Shown here piece by piece: positions 1-8,463 of a stretch of 18,960 bases of DNA. The notes under the pieces were generated by a model. That model worked only from the letters and a program-made list of their open reading frames with translations, ran no database searches and had not been told where the DNA came from. The stretch comes from a bacterium (GTDB lineage Bacteria > Zhuqueibacterota > Zhuqueibacteria > Oceanimicrobiales > Oceanimicrobiaceae), in contig JBHHXT010000089.1 in assembly GCA_046757165.1 (NCBI GenBank), forward strand, positions 1 through 18,960. Direction: 5' to 3'. A program made the position numbers and the translations under genes. Position 1 is the first letter of the stretch; every line of letters begins with the position of its first letter.

Positions 1-58
1 CAGTTTACCCACTTATTCTTTATTATGAGTGCTTTACTTTATTACTGCTAACAATAAA

Positions 59-2746
59 TTACAACAACTGCCTCAACACATACTGCAAAATACCTCCATG
101 CCGGTAGTAGTTCAGCTCTTCCGGCGTGTCGATGCGGCACGTCACCGCGAAGCGTTTGCTGGCGCCATCGTCGGTTGTGGCGGTCACGGTCAGTTCTTTG
201 CCTGGCTCGAGACCTGCGGCGATGCCCGTGATGGTGTAGCTCTCGAAACCGGTCAGGCCGAGCGACTCTTTGCTTTCGCCGGCGTTGAACTGCAGCGGCA
301 GCACGCCCATGCCGAGCAAATTGCTGCGGTGAATGCGCTCAAAACTCTGGGCGATGACGGCCTCGATGCCCAACAAACGCGTCCCTTTGGCGGCCCAGTC
401 CCGGGAGGAACCGGTGCCATATTCCTTGCCGGCCAGGACGACCAGCGGCACGCCTTCCGCCTTGTACCGCATGGCGGCTTCATAAATCGAAGTCAGTTTT
501 TTGTCCGGGAGGTGGACGGTCCAGGTGCCTTCAGTTCCCGGAGCGAGCAGGTTGTGCAGCCGGATGTTGCCGAAGGTGCCGCGCATCATCACTTCGTGGT
601 TACCGCGACGTGCGCCGAAGGAGTTGAAATCCTTCCGCTCCACGCCCTGGGAAATCAAGTACTTGCCCGCAGGGCCGTCGACGGGAATGGCGCCGGCCGG
701 CGAAATGTGGTCCGTGGTGATGGTATCGCCAACCATGACCAGCACGCGCGCGTTTTCGATTTCTTTCATGGGCGTGGGCTCGGCCGAAAGGTTGTCGAAG
801 AACGGCGGATTCTTGACGTAGGTCGAGTTCGGGTCCCAGTCGTACAGGTCCCCTTCAGGAACTTTCAGCGCCTGCCAGCGCGCGTCGCCGGTAAAGACTT
901 CGGCGTACTCTTTTTCAAAATGTTCTTTTCTGACCGACTCCTGGACGACATCCCGGATCTCCTTCAGGCTCGGCCAGATGTCCTTGAGGTAGACCGGCTC
1001 GTCATTTTTGCCTTTGCCCAGCGGTTCGTTGAGCAAGTCGATATCCATCCGGCCGGCCAGGGCATAGGCGACCACCAGGGGCGGTGAGGCGAGATAATTG
1101 GCGCGCGTGTGCGGGCTCACACGTCCCTCGAAGTTGCGGTTCCCGCTCAAAACCGCTGCTGTGACCAGCTTGCCCTCCTGAATTCCATTCACAATGTATT
1201 CGGGCAGGGGACCACTGTTGCCAATGCAGGTGGTACAGCCATAGCCGACGATGTTGAATTTCAGCGCCTCGAGATACGGCAGCAAGCCGGAATCCGTCAA
1301 ATAGTCCGTCACCACTTTGGAGCCGGGCGCCAGACTCGTTTTCACCCAGGGCCGGGTTTGTAATCCGCGCTCCACCGCCTTCTTCGCCAGCAGCCCGGCG
1401 CCGACCATCACCGAGGGGTTGGAGGTATTCGTACAACTGGTGATCGCGGCAATCACCACCGAGCCGTTGCTGAGCACGATGTCCCCGTGGCCGTTTGCGC
1501 TGACTTTTGTGCTCTCCCGCGTGCCGTCCACTTTCAACCCGGGCAGCGCCTCGGCAAACGCCTGCCTGGATTCCTTCAACAGGATACGATCTTGCGGCCG
1601 CTTCGGGCCGGCGATGCTCGGTTCGACGGACGAGAGGTTCAGCTCCAGTGTGTCAGAAAACGCCGGGTCCGGAGTGTCATCGGTGCGGAACAGCCCCTGC
1701 TCTTTGGTGTACGCCTCGACGAGTTTGATCTGCTGCGGGTCACGGCCGGTGGAGCGCAGGTACTCCAGAGTTCCTGCGTCGACCGGGAAGAAGCCGATGG
1801 TTGCGCCGTACTCCGGTCCCATGTTGGAGATGGTCGCCTTGTCGGCCAGGCTGAGATGGCTCAAGCCCGGCCCGAAGAATTCCACAAACTTGCCGACGAC
1901 GCCTCTTTGCCGCAACATCTGTACGATGATGAGCACAAGGTCGGTGGCGGTCGCGCCCTCGGCCAGCTCGCCGGTCAGCTTGAAGCCAACCACATCCGGA
2001 ATCAGCATGGAAATCGGCTGGCCGAGCATGGCGGCCTCGGCTTCGATTCCCCCGACGCCCCAGCCAACGATGCCCAGCCCGTTGATCATCGTCGTGTGAG
2101 AATCTGTGCCGACCAGCGTGTCCGGGTAGGCGCGCAGGCCGCCGCCGGTTTCAGCAGTAAAAACGACCTTGCCGAGATACTCGAGATTGACCTGGTGGCA
2201 AATACCAGTCTCCGGCGGCACGACGCGAAAGTTTTCAAAGGAATTCTGCCCCCAGCGTAAGAAGGCGTAGCGTTCCCGGTTGCGCTGGTATTCCATATCT
2301 GTGTTGAATCGAATCGCCTCAGCATTGCCAAACCGGTCCACCTGAATGGAATGGTCGATGACCAAATCAGCCGGAACTTGCGGGTTGATTTTCTTCGGAT
2401 TCCCACCGAGATTTCGCATGGCCTCGCGCATGGCAGCGAGGTCCACAACCGCGGGGACGCCGGTAAAATCCTGCATGAGCACGCGCGCGGGCCGGAAGGC
2501 GATCTCACGCTCTGATTTCTTGCCCGGGTCCCAATTCGCCACCGCGGCGATGTGATCTTTCTCGACAAAGCGATTGTCCTCGTTGCGCAGCAGGTTTTCT
2601 AATAGAATTCTCATGGAAAACGGGAGCCTGGAGATGTTGCCTACCCCGGCTCTCTCCAGAGCATCCAGCCGGTAGATGTCGTAGGACTGCTCGCCCACGC
2701 GCAACCTTGCCCGGCTGTTGAGACTATTCAATTCGGCTCTGTCCAT
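59..2746 (-). CDS. acnA: Aconitate hydratase A (AcnA/IRP1 family), about 895 aa
   Basis: Hallmark motifs [72 protein letters not shown] (three Fe-S cysteines), TTDHISPAG and [10 protein letters not shown]. Start placed at ATG 2746 (MDRAELNS), preceded by an AAGGAG RBS. The ORF-track start at 2812 lies inside an inserted element. Confidence 0.98.
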   Translation of the reverse strand: MDRAELNSLNSRARLRVGEQSYDIYRLDALERAGVGNISRLPFSMRILLENLLRNEDNRFVEKDHIAAVANWDPGKKSEREIAFRPARVLMQDFTGVPAVVDLAAMREAMRNLGGNPKKINPQVPADLVIDHSIQVDRFGNAEAIRFNTDMEYQRNRERYAFLRWGQNSFENFRVVPPETGICHQVNLEYLGKVVFTAETGGGLRAYPDTLVGTDSHTTMINGLGIVGWGVGGIEAEAAMLGQPISMLIPDVVGFKLTGELAEGATATDLVLIIVQMLRQRGVVGKFVEFFGPGLSHLSLADKATISNMGPEYGATIGFFPVDAGTLEYLRSTGRDPQQIKLVEAYTKEQGLFRTDDTPDPAFSDTLELNLSSVEPSIAGPKRPQDRILLKESRQAFAEALPGLKVDGTRESTKVSANGHGDIVLSNGSVVIAAITSCTNTSNPSVMVGAGLLAKKAVERGLQTRPWVKTSLAPGSKVVTDYLTDSGLLPYLEALKFNIVGYGCTTCIGNSGPLPEYIVNGIQEGKLVTAAVLSGNRNFEGRVSPHTRANYLASPPLVVAYALAGRMDIDLLNEPLGKGKNDEPVYLKDIWPSLKEIRDVVQESVRKEHFEKEYAEVFTGDARWQALKVPEGDLYDWDPNSTYVKNPPFFDNLSAEPTPMKEIENARVLVMVGDTITTDHISPAGAIPVDGPAGKYLISQGVERKDFNSFGARRGNHEVMMRGTFGNIRLHNLLAPGTEGTWTVHLPDKKLTSIYEAAMRYKAEGVPLVVLAGKEYGTGSSRDWAAKGTRLLGIEAVIAQSFERIHRSNLLGMGVLPLQFNAGESKESLGLTGFESYTITGIAAGLEPGKELTVTATTDDGASKRFAVTCRIDTPEELNYYRHGGILQYVLRQLL

Positions 2747-2782
2747 TTGTGCTCCTTCTCGGGTTACGGCATCGAAAAAATC

Positions 2783-2935
2783 GTAACTATTCAGGCCAAA
2801 GCCGGAGTGCAAAAATCAGTTCCGCCAGGAACGTATTTTTGCAACATATCCGGCCAGTGATACTGCAAAAATACCTTCACTGCGTTCACTGATTTTTGCA
2901 CTCCAATTACGCTCCAATCATACCTGAATAGTTAA
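2783..2935. mobile_element. 153-bp MITE-like element with IS66-like ends, strongly self-complementary
   Basis: Terminal inverted repeats GTAACTATTCAGG (2783-2795) and CCTGAATAGTTAA (2923-2935) match at 12/13. Flanking 8-bp near-direct repeats are AAAAAATC (2775-2782) and AGAAAATC (2936-2943). GTAA-starting ends and 8-bp duplications are characteristic of IS66. Internal inverted repeats are 17 bp (2804-2820/2888-2904) and 11 bp (2833-2843/2864-2874). Confidence 0.75.
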
Positions 2936-3011
2936 AGAAAATCATTTTCACAGTGATTTGAGTTCACAAGTTGGAACCCGGATTCTGCTCTTTTCATTTC
3001 ATTTTAGAGCA

Positions 3012-3040
3012 AGTATAATGAATTGAGCGCTGTGAATCAA
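3012..3040 (-). promoter_or_regulatory. Candidate sigma-70 promoter for acnA
   Basis: Minus strand TTGATT-N17-TATACT (-35 at 3040-3035, -10 at 3017-3012). Confidence 0.55.
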
Positions 3041-3139
3041 CGTTTTTGTTGGGATGGATTGAGGCCAGCCGGGATTATCGGGGACGCAGATTGGGTCCAC
3101 ACGGATCAAAAAACCACACGGAAAAATATCTTAATCTAA

Positions 3140-3304
3140 CCTGGATAATTCATGAATTTCTCACAGCAAGGGCCAACACGTAAGGAGTGAAATGCTTTAG
3201 CATTTCATGCAACGCTAAAGCGTTGCACTCCTCTTTATCCCGTTAAGTTATTGCATAATCAAGCGATTAAGGAATATTTGCTAATCTCTGGTGAATAATC
3301 CAGG
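3140..3304. mobile_element. 165-bp MITE-like element, with ends resembling the IS1380 family (family call tentative)
   Basis: TIRs CCTGGATAATTCAT (3140-3153) and GTGAATAATCCAGG (3291-3304) match at 12/14. They are flanked by a perfect 4-bp direct repeat CTAA (3136-3139 and 3305-3308). No transposase is present. Confidence 0.7.
3183..3232. repeat. Inverted doublet of REP-like palindromes
   Basis: AGGAG-TGAAATGC-TTTA-GCATTTCA (3183-3207) directly abuts a unit (3208-3232) whose reverse complement reads AGGAG-TGCAACGC-TTTA-GCGTTGCA. Confidence 0.75.
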
Positions 3305-3390
3305 CTAAACGAAACTGATCCAAGAAATCCGTGTGGGTTTTTGATCCGCGTGGAATGTCGTCCCTTTTCCTGCCCGACGGCAACCCTGGG

Positions 3391-5724
3391 CTAGTTCGCC
3401 AGGATCGTTTTGCACAATGCTTCGAGCGCGCCGTGGCGGACGTAGCGGTCCGTCGGGTAATAGTCTTCGTTGGAGTAGTCCAGCAGTCGATAGAGTGGTT
3501 GCACAAATTCTGAGCTCTGCACGACCATGGCCGCATCGAGATTTTCAAATATTTTTTGAATGCCACCGTAGGGACTCAAGCCCTCACTGATCTGGTCGAC
3601 CGCAGATTCATCATTCAAGAGCGCCCGCGCCATTCTAGCCTCGGGATTGTGAATGTTCCTAATCGCTTTAGTCACAGCCTTCTGGTCGGCATTGCTCAAG
3701 AAAACCAGACCGAAGGCAGCCACGCGACGCAGCTCTTTGTTGTTTTTTAGAACGGTCGTCAGCCGGTTCAGGCTCTCAACCGCGCCAAGCTGGCCGAGTG
3801 CCCAGATAAGGCTTCTTTTCAGCTCAGAATTGGCTTTGGTCCACAGAGCAATCATCGGTTTGAGCGCCTGTTGCGCGCCCAAATTCCCCAGGATGGAGAC
3901 GATCTTTTCCTGTTGACTCATGCCGGCTTTCGGCAGCCGCGCTAAGAGCAGGTCAATGAGTTTCTTGTTTTCCTTCATCTCCCCCAGGCCGGAAACAAGC
4001 TTGTCCAGGACATTCTCATCCTTTTCCTCCGTCAACCGGTCGACAAGCTGCTTCAAGATGTCGTCTGGCAAACCCTGTTCACCTTCCAGCAAGGTCCCCA
4101 GCACGTACATCCGGACAACGTCATCAGGATGATCGATGTGTTTGACCAGCTTGGAGGGTCGAATATCGGATTTCAAGTGGCGGATGCAGCGGGCTGCTTG
4201 CCGGCGAACCTCTTCCTTTTCATGCGTGAGATTTTCATAGAGACAATCCGCGTTCTTGTCCTTGTCTCCTCCTCTGACGAGAGCAAAATGGAGGGTCAAT
4301 TTGGCTGCAAGATTTTTTTCCTTTTCGAGCGCCCTGGCCAGCGGTTTAGTTGCATCCTTGCTGCCGATAATGCCGAGGCAAAATGCAGCATTTGTTTTGT
4401 ATTTATGATCTGTGTGGCGCAAGGCCTCGAGGAGCGCTGGTACCGCATCTTCATCGATGTAGATCAGGGCTTGTACGGGGTCAAAAAGGAATTCTCCGTA
4501 CTGAAAGGAGTCGATCAGCGATGGCACGAGTCGCTTGTCTGGCAGATTCAGGATGGCGCGCCACGCCCGCCGGCTGTCATCTTCATGAGCGATCAAAAAG
4601 TCGATGGTTGATTTTACAAGCTCTTTGTCATAAATCAACTGGGCCTTCAGGATTTTTGACAACGTCAGGTTGTCGGCTGCGCCGTCAGACGCCTGTGACC
4701 TGGCAAGCAACAGGCTTGCCAGGGTCTCGGCTTCCTTTTTGCCCTGAATTTTCTTGGAGATTCTCTCCAGCACCCCATTGAGCATAAAATCGCCAAAGAC
4801 TTTAATCTCTCGATCCCTGCGCGTGTTCAGATCGCCGATGGTTAATCCCTCTCTGATCGTGTACCCTCCGGTCAGGTTTTCATAGATGTAGTCGGCAATC
4901 GCCAGGACACAATAGGCCTCGTAGTACAACTCGCGTTCGAGATATTCCATCCCCATGCGAATAAATCTTGTTGCAGTCCCTTCCGTGGAATTGGACCCGG
5001 GTGAATCAAAAAACGACTTCCACTGGTGTCTTTTCGTTTTGACGAACTGCTGCCGCTCGATCTCTGCAATCCTGGATTTTGCCAGATTTGCAATTTCTTC
5101 ATCCTTGTCCTCGGCATATTTTTTGAGACTTCTCAGCGCAGCCGCCGTGTCATCGAACTGTAGAACCGCTTGTACAGCACGGCGGCGATGAGCAACATCG
5201 CTCTGGTGGGCACAGTACTCGTCCACGACCGGCAGCACGGTGGCGCCAAGCTCCGGAAGGCGCTCAAACTCGTGCCGGGCCAGCAAAAAGGCGGCGGTTT
5301 CCCTGCCCGATTGCGGCGCATAGCCCTCTTCAGCCAAAATCTCGGCCGCAAAGGTCGCGGAACCGGTCGCCAGGTTTCGCAACGCCCGCACCAGATAGGG
5401 ACGCGCCTGTTCTTTCATGCTTGTGAGCGTTGACCTGTCTCGCAAAAGAATCGCCTTGGCGATGCGGTACACCGGATCTTCAGGTTCATGATGCAGGGTT
5501 TGAAGTCGTTGCGCGACCAGGGTTTGTATCTCTTCGTTCGAGTCGTTGAGCAGCCGTTCAGCGAGCTGCAGGGCGGGCTGCTCACCGATATCTAACAGCG
5601 CCCTGGCTGCACACCGGCGGAAATTGGGGTGCTTAGAGCGCGAAGCCCGTCCTAGTTTCTTGATGTTCTTCTGCTCGTGCCAGCGGTGAATCTTCTCCTC
5701 ACTAAGGCCAATGTTGAGCCACAT
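3391..5724 (-). CDS. HEAT-repeat (PBS lyase HEAT-like) protein, about 777 aa
   Basis: Many HEAT-like units, e.g. AVPALLEALRHTDHKYKTNAAFCLGIIG, ATKPLARALEKE, EEVRRQAARCI, LKRSLIWALGQLG, VRHGALEALCKT. Start at ATG 5724 (MWLNIG) is preceded by GGAGGAG; the longer ORF start at 5799 is less likely. No signal peptide. Confidence 0.9.
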   Translation of the reverse strand: MWLNIGLSEEKIHRWHEQKNIKKLGRASRSKHPNFRRCAARALLDIGEQPALQLAERLLNDSNEEIQTLVAQRLQTLHHEPEDPVYRIAKAILLRDRSTLTSMKEQARPYLVRALRNLATGSATFAAEILAEEGYAPQSGRETAAFLLARHEFERLPELGATVLPVVDEYCAHQSDVAHRRRAVQAVLQFDDTAAALRSLKKYAEDKDEEIANLAKSRIAEIERQQFVKTKRHQWKSFFDSPGSNSTEGTATRFIRMGMEYLERELYYEAYCVLAIADYIYENLTGGYTIREGLTIGDLNTRRDREIKVFGDFMLNGVLERISKKIQGKKEAETLASLLLARSQASDGAADNLTLSKILKAQLIYDKELVKSTIDFLIAHEDDSRRAWRAILNLPDKRLVPSLIDSFQYGEFLFDPVQALIYIDEDAVPALLEALRHTDHKYKTNAAFCLGIIGSKDATKPLARALEKEKNLAAKLTLHFALVRGGDKDKNADCLYENLTHEKEEVRRQAARCIRHLKSDIRPSKLVKHIDHPDDVVRMYVLGTLLEGEQGLPDDILKQLVDRLTEEKDENVLDKLVSGLGEMKENKKLIDLLLARLPKAGMSQQEKIVSILGNLGAQQALKPMIALWTKANSELKRSLIWALGQLGAVESLNRLTTVLKNNKELRRVAAFGLVFLSNADQKAVTKAIRNIHNPEARMARALLNDESAVDQISEGLSPYGGIQKIFENLDAAMVVQSSEFVQPLYRLLDYSNEDYYPTDRYVRHGALEALCKTILAN

Positions 5725-5947
5725 GAGACGCTCCTCCGGGTTTGGTTCAATATGTACAGGCTTGACTGCAGGCCCCGCATGGTCAAGGGAAACGATCATC
5801 TATCCCTTTCTGGATAAAGGCCCTCACCAATTCAGAATTGGCTGGAGTTCACCGCCGCAGAGAGTTGTAGCACGTTGTCCGAAAGATGACTTTCGAGAGG
5901 TGTTAAGTTGTTCCGTTTTTGGTTGGAATTGGGACTTTATCAAACCA

Positions 5948-5976
5948 AATATCGCGAATAAAAAAACAATTGTCAA
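5948..5976 (-). promoter_or_regulatory. Candidate sigma-70 promoter for the HEAT-repeat gene
   Basis: Minus strand TTGACA (5976-5971)-N17-GATATT (5953-5948). The -35 is perfect and the context is AT-rich. Confidence 0.5.
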
Positions 5977-6187
5977 GGCATAAATTCAATATTTCTGCAC
6001 CGCCACAGATCTCAAAAGATAACATATTTTGAACGAATCCGTGGCTGAATCAATTATTGGGTTGCGGCAGAAGATCGCGCTGGGCACTTCGGTGACTAAT
6101 AAATTGATTGTGCCCTGATCTTGTATTGAAAGGTTTTGATGAAAGGAGATAGAAATGAGATCTGGGAGCATTGCCGAGCAGCAGAAC

Positions 6188-6607
6188 TCAGCGGGCCGGA
6201 CCAGAGTTGAGCGGCTCAATCCACTGACGCAGCCTGAACTCAACCAGGTATTCTCCATCAAACTGAACAGCCATCTCATCCAGCTTGTCTTTTATGGTAT
6301 TTAGCCTGCGATCGAGGTTCTTGGCCGCATGCCACGCGCGGCTGCGTGGCTGGTAGACGGACAGATAGCCCGCCTCAGTCCGCACACCGTTTTCAAGACG
6401 AATGGTCGCCTTGCCTTCGAGACAGATCTCATTGAGATTGCGCAAGAGCTGGACGATTTTGGCGACGTCCAGGCAGAAGTCGGCGTAGGCGCGTTTGGGG
6501 AATCTCATGAAGGCTTTTCGGCATTGTACGCGGTTTTTTTGTTTGAGGTAACGGGTTGTGCGTTTGAATTGCTCCGGGAACTGGTGTTTGTGGATGGTGA
6601 TAATCAT
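6188..6607 (-). CDS. Hypothetical protein, 139 aa, basic N-terminus
   Basis: ATG start with AAGGA upstream and protein-like composition. It occupies an otherwise empty interval. No family recognised. Confidence 0.65.
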   Translation of the reverse strand: MIITIHKHQFPEQFKRTTRYLKQKNRVQCRKAFMRFPKRAYADFCLDVAKIVQLLRNLNEICLEGKATIRLENGVRTEAGYLSVYQPRSRAWHAAKNLDRRLNTIKDKLDEMAVQFDGEYLVEFRLRQWIEPLNSGPAR

Positions 6608-7118
6608 TTGCTCGTCCTTGTTGGTTCGATGAAGTTCGGCCAGACTTGCCAGGTCCCCAATTCGGGAGAGGAGCTACACTTCGGCGAATCATCGGTCGGC
6701 GCAGGCCTGGTTTTTTTGAAATGAGCTTCTGTCGCCGTACGAGCAGTTGTTTTAGGTCGAAGGTGTCGCGGGCTGAGCCCTATCCCGTTCTGTCCCTTTC
6801 AGCAAAGGATGTACCAGTGACCCGCTCGCTTGAACAAGTCACTCTTGGTTGTGTCTTAACTATTTGTGATTAAACATGTTAGTATTGACAAGATGCCATG
6901 CTCTATTCAGCCCCCGAAAGACGCAGTGTGTAATAATTTCATCCACAGTTTGTGAAGAAATTACACTAAGTTTTGAATTATTTTGGTATTAGTTGCTCTT
7001 ATTGTTTGTGTAGTATTTACGCGCCTGCAGGGCAGTGAGGCAGCCGGGACCTCCCGGCTATCCTGTTAATCGCGGGTTGGGTAAAATCTCAATGCCGCTG
7101 TCACCTCCTGTCCATTTT

Positions 7119-7134
7119 TTGCGCACGTGCGCAA
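7119..7134. promoter_or_regulatory. Perfect 16-bp palindrome, candidate enhancer (UAS) for a sigma-54 activator
   Basis: TTGCGCACGTGCGCAA, about 100 bp upstream of the -24/-12 element. Confidence 0.4.
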
Positions 7135-7230
7135 GAATTAGCCAATTGTAACCTGCCGCCGGCCGGCGAATTACGGGCCGTTGCGAGAAAACTACCCGTA
7201 ACTCCTTGAAAACCGGAACATTTTCAAGAA

Positions 7231-7246
7231 TGGTATACGAATTGCT
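7231..7246 (+). promoter_or_regulatory. Candidate sigma-54 (RpoN) -24/-12 promoter of the plus-strand operon
   Basis: TGGTATACGAATTGCT has the exact GG-N10-GC spacing of TGGCACG-N4-TTGC(A/T) and ends 85 bp before the first ATG. Confidence 0.65.
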
Positions 7247-7331
7247 ATTAGAAACAGCAGAAATGCGGGCATGGATGCGCCCCCAACAGCAAGGATGACT
7301 GAATTGATGTAGGATTAAGGGTAAGCTCGCT

Positions 7332-8354
7332 ATGATTTGCAACAATCTTTTCATCACCTTTCGGACTTTGACTCCTGCCATTTTTTTCTTGGTCAGCGGA
7401 TGCGCCGCCGGCCGGTTGCAGAACATTGAGGTTCTGATGCGATTGCACGACTGGCCGAAAGCACAACGTGCATTAGAAGAGTCAATTCAGAAGAGCCCCA
7501 GGGATGGGGCGGCGCATCTGCTTCTGTCCGAAGTGTATGCCGAAAGGGAGATGATTCCGCAGATGAACGCCACCCTGACCCGGCTCCGGTCCCTTTTCCC
7601 ACGGTATGAGGAAGAAGCCGACTATCTCGCGCAGAAATACTGGATCAAAAACTTCAAACAGGGGAACAGTCTGCTTGAACAGAAGCGCATCAATGAAGCC
7701 GTCCCGTTTTTCCAACGGTCGACTCAGCTCGACAGTTTGAATCTTCACAGTTGGCAACGGTACGGCGATGTGCTGTTTATGGTCCGCCGCACCTCCGAGG
7801 CGGAGCGTGCCTACCGCCGCGCGCTCGAGTTGGCGCCGCACAACCTTATCATCGAAAACAATCTGGCTGAGATCTATTTCATGCAGCAGCAGTACGGCAA
7901 AACCATCCTGCTGTGTGACGACATTCTGCAGCACGATGCACAAGACCTCGATGCCCTGCAGCGCAGAGCCTATGCGCACGACGCTCTCGGTCATTTCGAG
8001 CGGGCTGAGTCGGATTACCTGAAAGCGGCGGCGCTGCAACCGTCGGCACGTCTTTTCGCTGATCTGGGTTTGCTCTATTTTGGCCAGAAAGATTACGTTA
8101 ATGCTATCTCCCGTTTTGAAGAGGCTCTAAGGTTGTCTGGGGAGCAAACCCTGCTCTTCCGGCACCTGGGAGAGGCCAACTATAGAATTCGCAACTACAA
8201 AGAAATGGCCCGCTGGTACCGGAAAGTCGTTGCGTCCCACCCTGACGATCTCGTCGGGTGGAAGAATTTGGCGGTCGCGTACGAAGCGCTCGGGCAAAAG
8301 GAAGGTCTTGCCCGCGCCCGCCATTATATTGGTCATATCACCAGCACATACTAA
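7332..8354 (+). CDS. Tetratricopeptide-repeat lipoprotein, 340 aa
   Basis: Lipobox FLVSG-C. Repeated TPR motifs include AHLLLSEVYAE, EAERAYRRALELAP, LFADLGLLYF..KDY.NAI..FEEAL and GWKNLAVAYEALG. Confidence 0.92.
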   Translation: MICNNLFITFRTLTPAIFFLVSGCAAGRLQNIEVLMRLHDWPKAQRALEESIQKSPRDGAAHLLLSEVYAEREMIPQMNATLTRLRSLFPRYEEEADYLAQKYWIKNFKQGNSLLEQKRINEAVPFFQRSTQLDSLNLHSWQRYGDVLFMVRRTSEAERAYRRALELAPHNLIIENNLAEIYFMQQQYGKTILLCDDILQHDAQDLDALQRRAYAHDALGHFERAESDYLKAAALQPSARLFADLGLLYFGQKDYVNAISRFEEALRLSGEQTLLFRHLGEANYRIRNYKEMARWYRKVVASHPDDLVGWKNLAVAYEALGQKEGLARARHYIGHITSTY

Positions 8355-8463
8355 TGTTGTGAGTCCCGATTAGCTTGCTCCGAAACCGTTCAGCATGTCT
8401 TCGCGTGCAGCAGAATCGGGACACCAGGTTCTGGCTCGATATTTTCAGAGGATGACACAAATA

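Larger units (their letters stand above)
3096..3354. repeat. 27-bp inverted repeat pair bracketing the 3140-3304 element
   Basis: TCCACACGGATCAAAAAACCACACGGA (3096-3122) matches the reverse complement of 3328-3354 at 25/27. An outer GGGACG (3081-3086)/CGTCCC (3359-3364) pair extends it. Confidence 0.8.

Noticed and set aside
29..2260. Long plus-strand ORFs (352, 260 and 257 aa) opposite acnA
   Set aside because: Antisense shadows of a conserved GC-rich gene, with no independent motifs.
2747..2812. 22-aa N-terminal extension of AcnA in the ORF track
   Set aside because: It starts at a TTG inside the MITE, and ATG 2746 has a strong RBS.
2783..2935. attC-like reading of the palindrome (TAAC...GTTA ends)
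   Set aside because: No integrase or cassette array. The TIRs plus 8-bp duplication fit an IS-derived element better.
3096..3354. Possible CRISPR array among the intergenic repeats
   Set aside because: The repeats are inverted rather than regularly spaced direct repeats, and there are no cas genes.
6985..6998. Second sigma-54-like motif TGGTATTAGTTGCT
   Set aside because: The GG-to-GC spacing is two bases too short.
8363..8422. 9-bp inverted repeat GTCCCGATT/AATCGGGAC between the first two operon genes
   Set aside because: Short, with no U-tract and no second copy in the window, so no function can be assigned.
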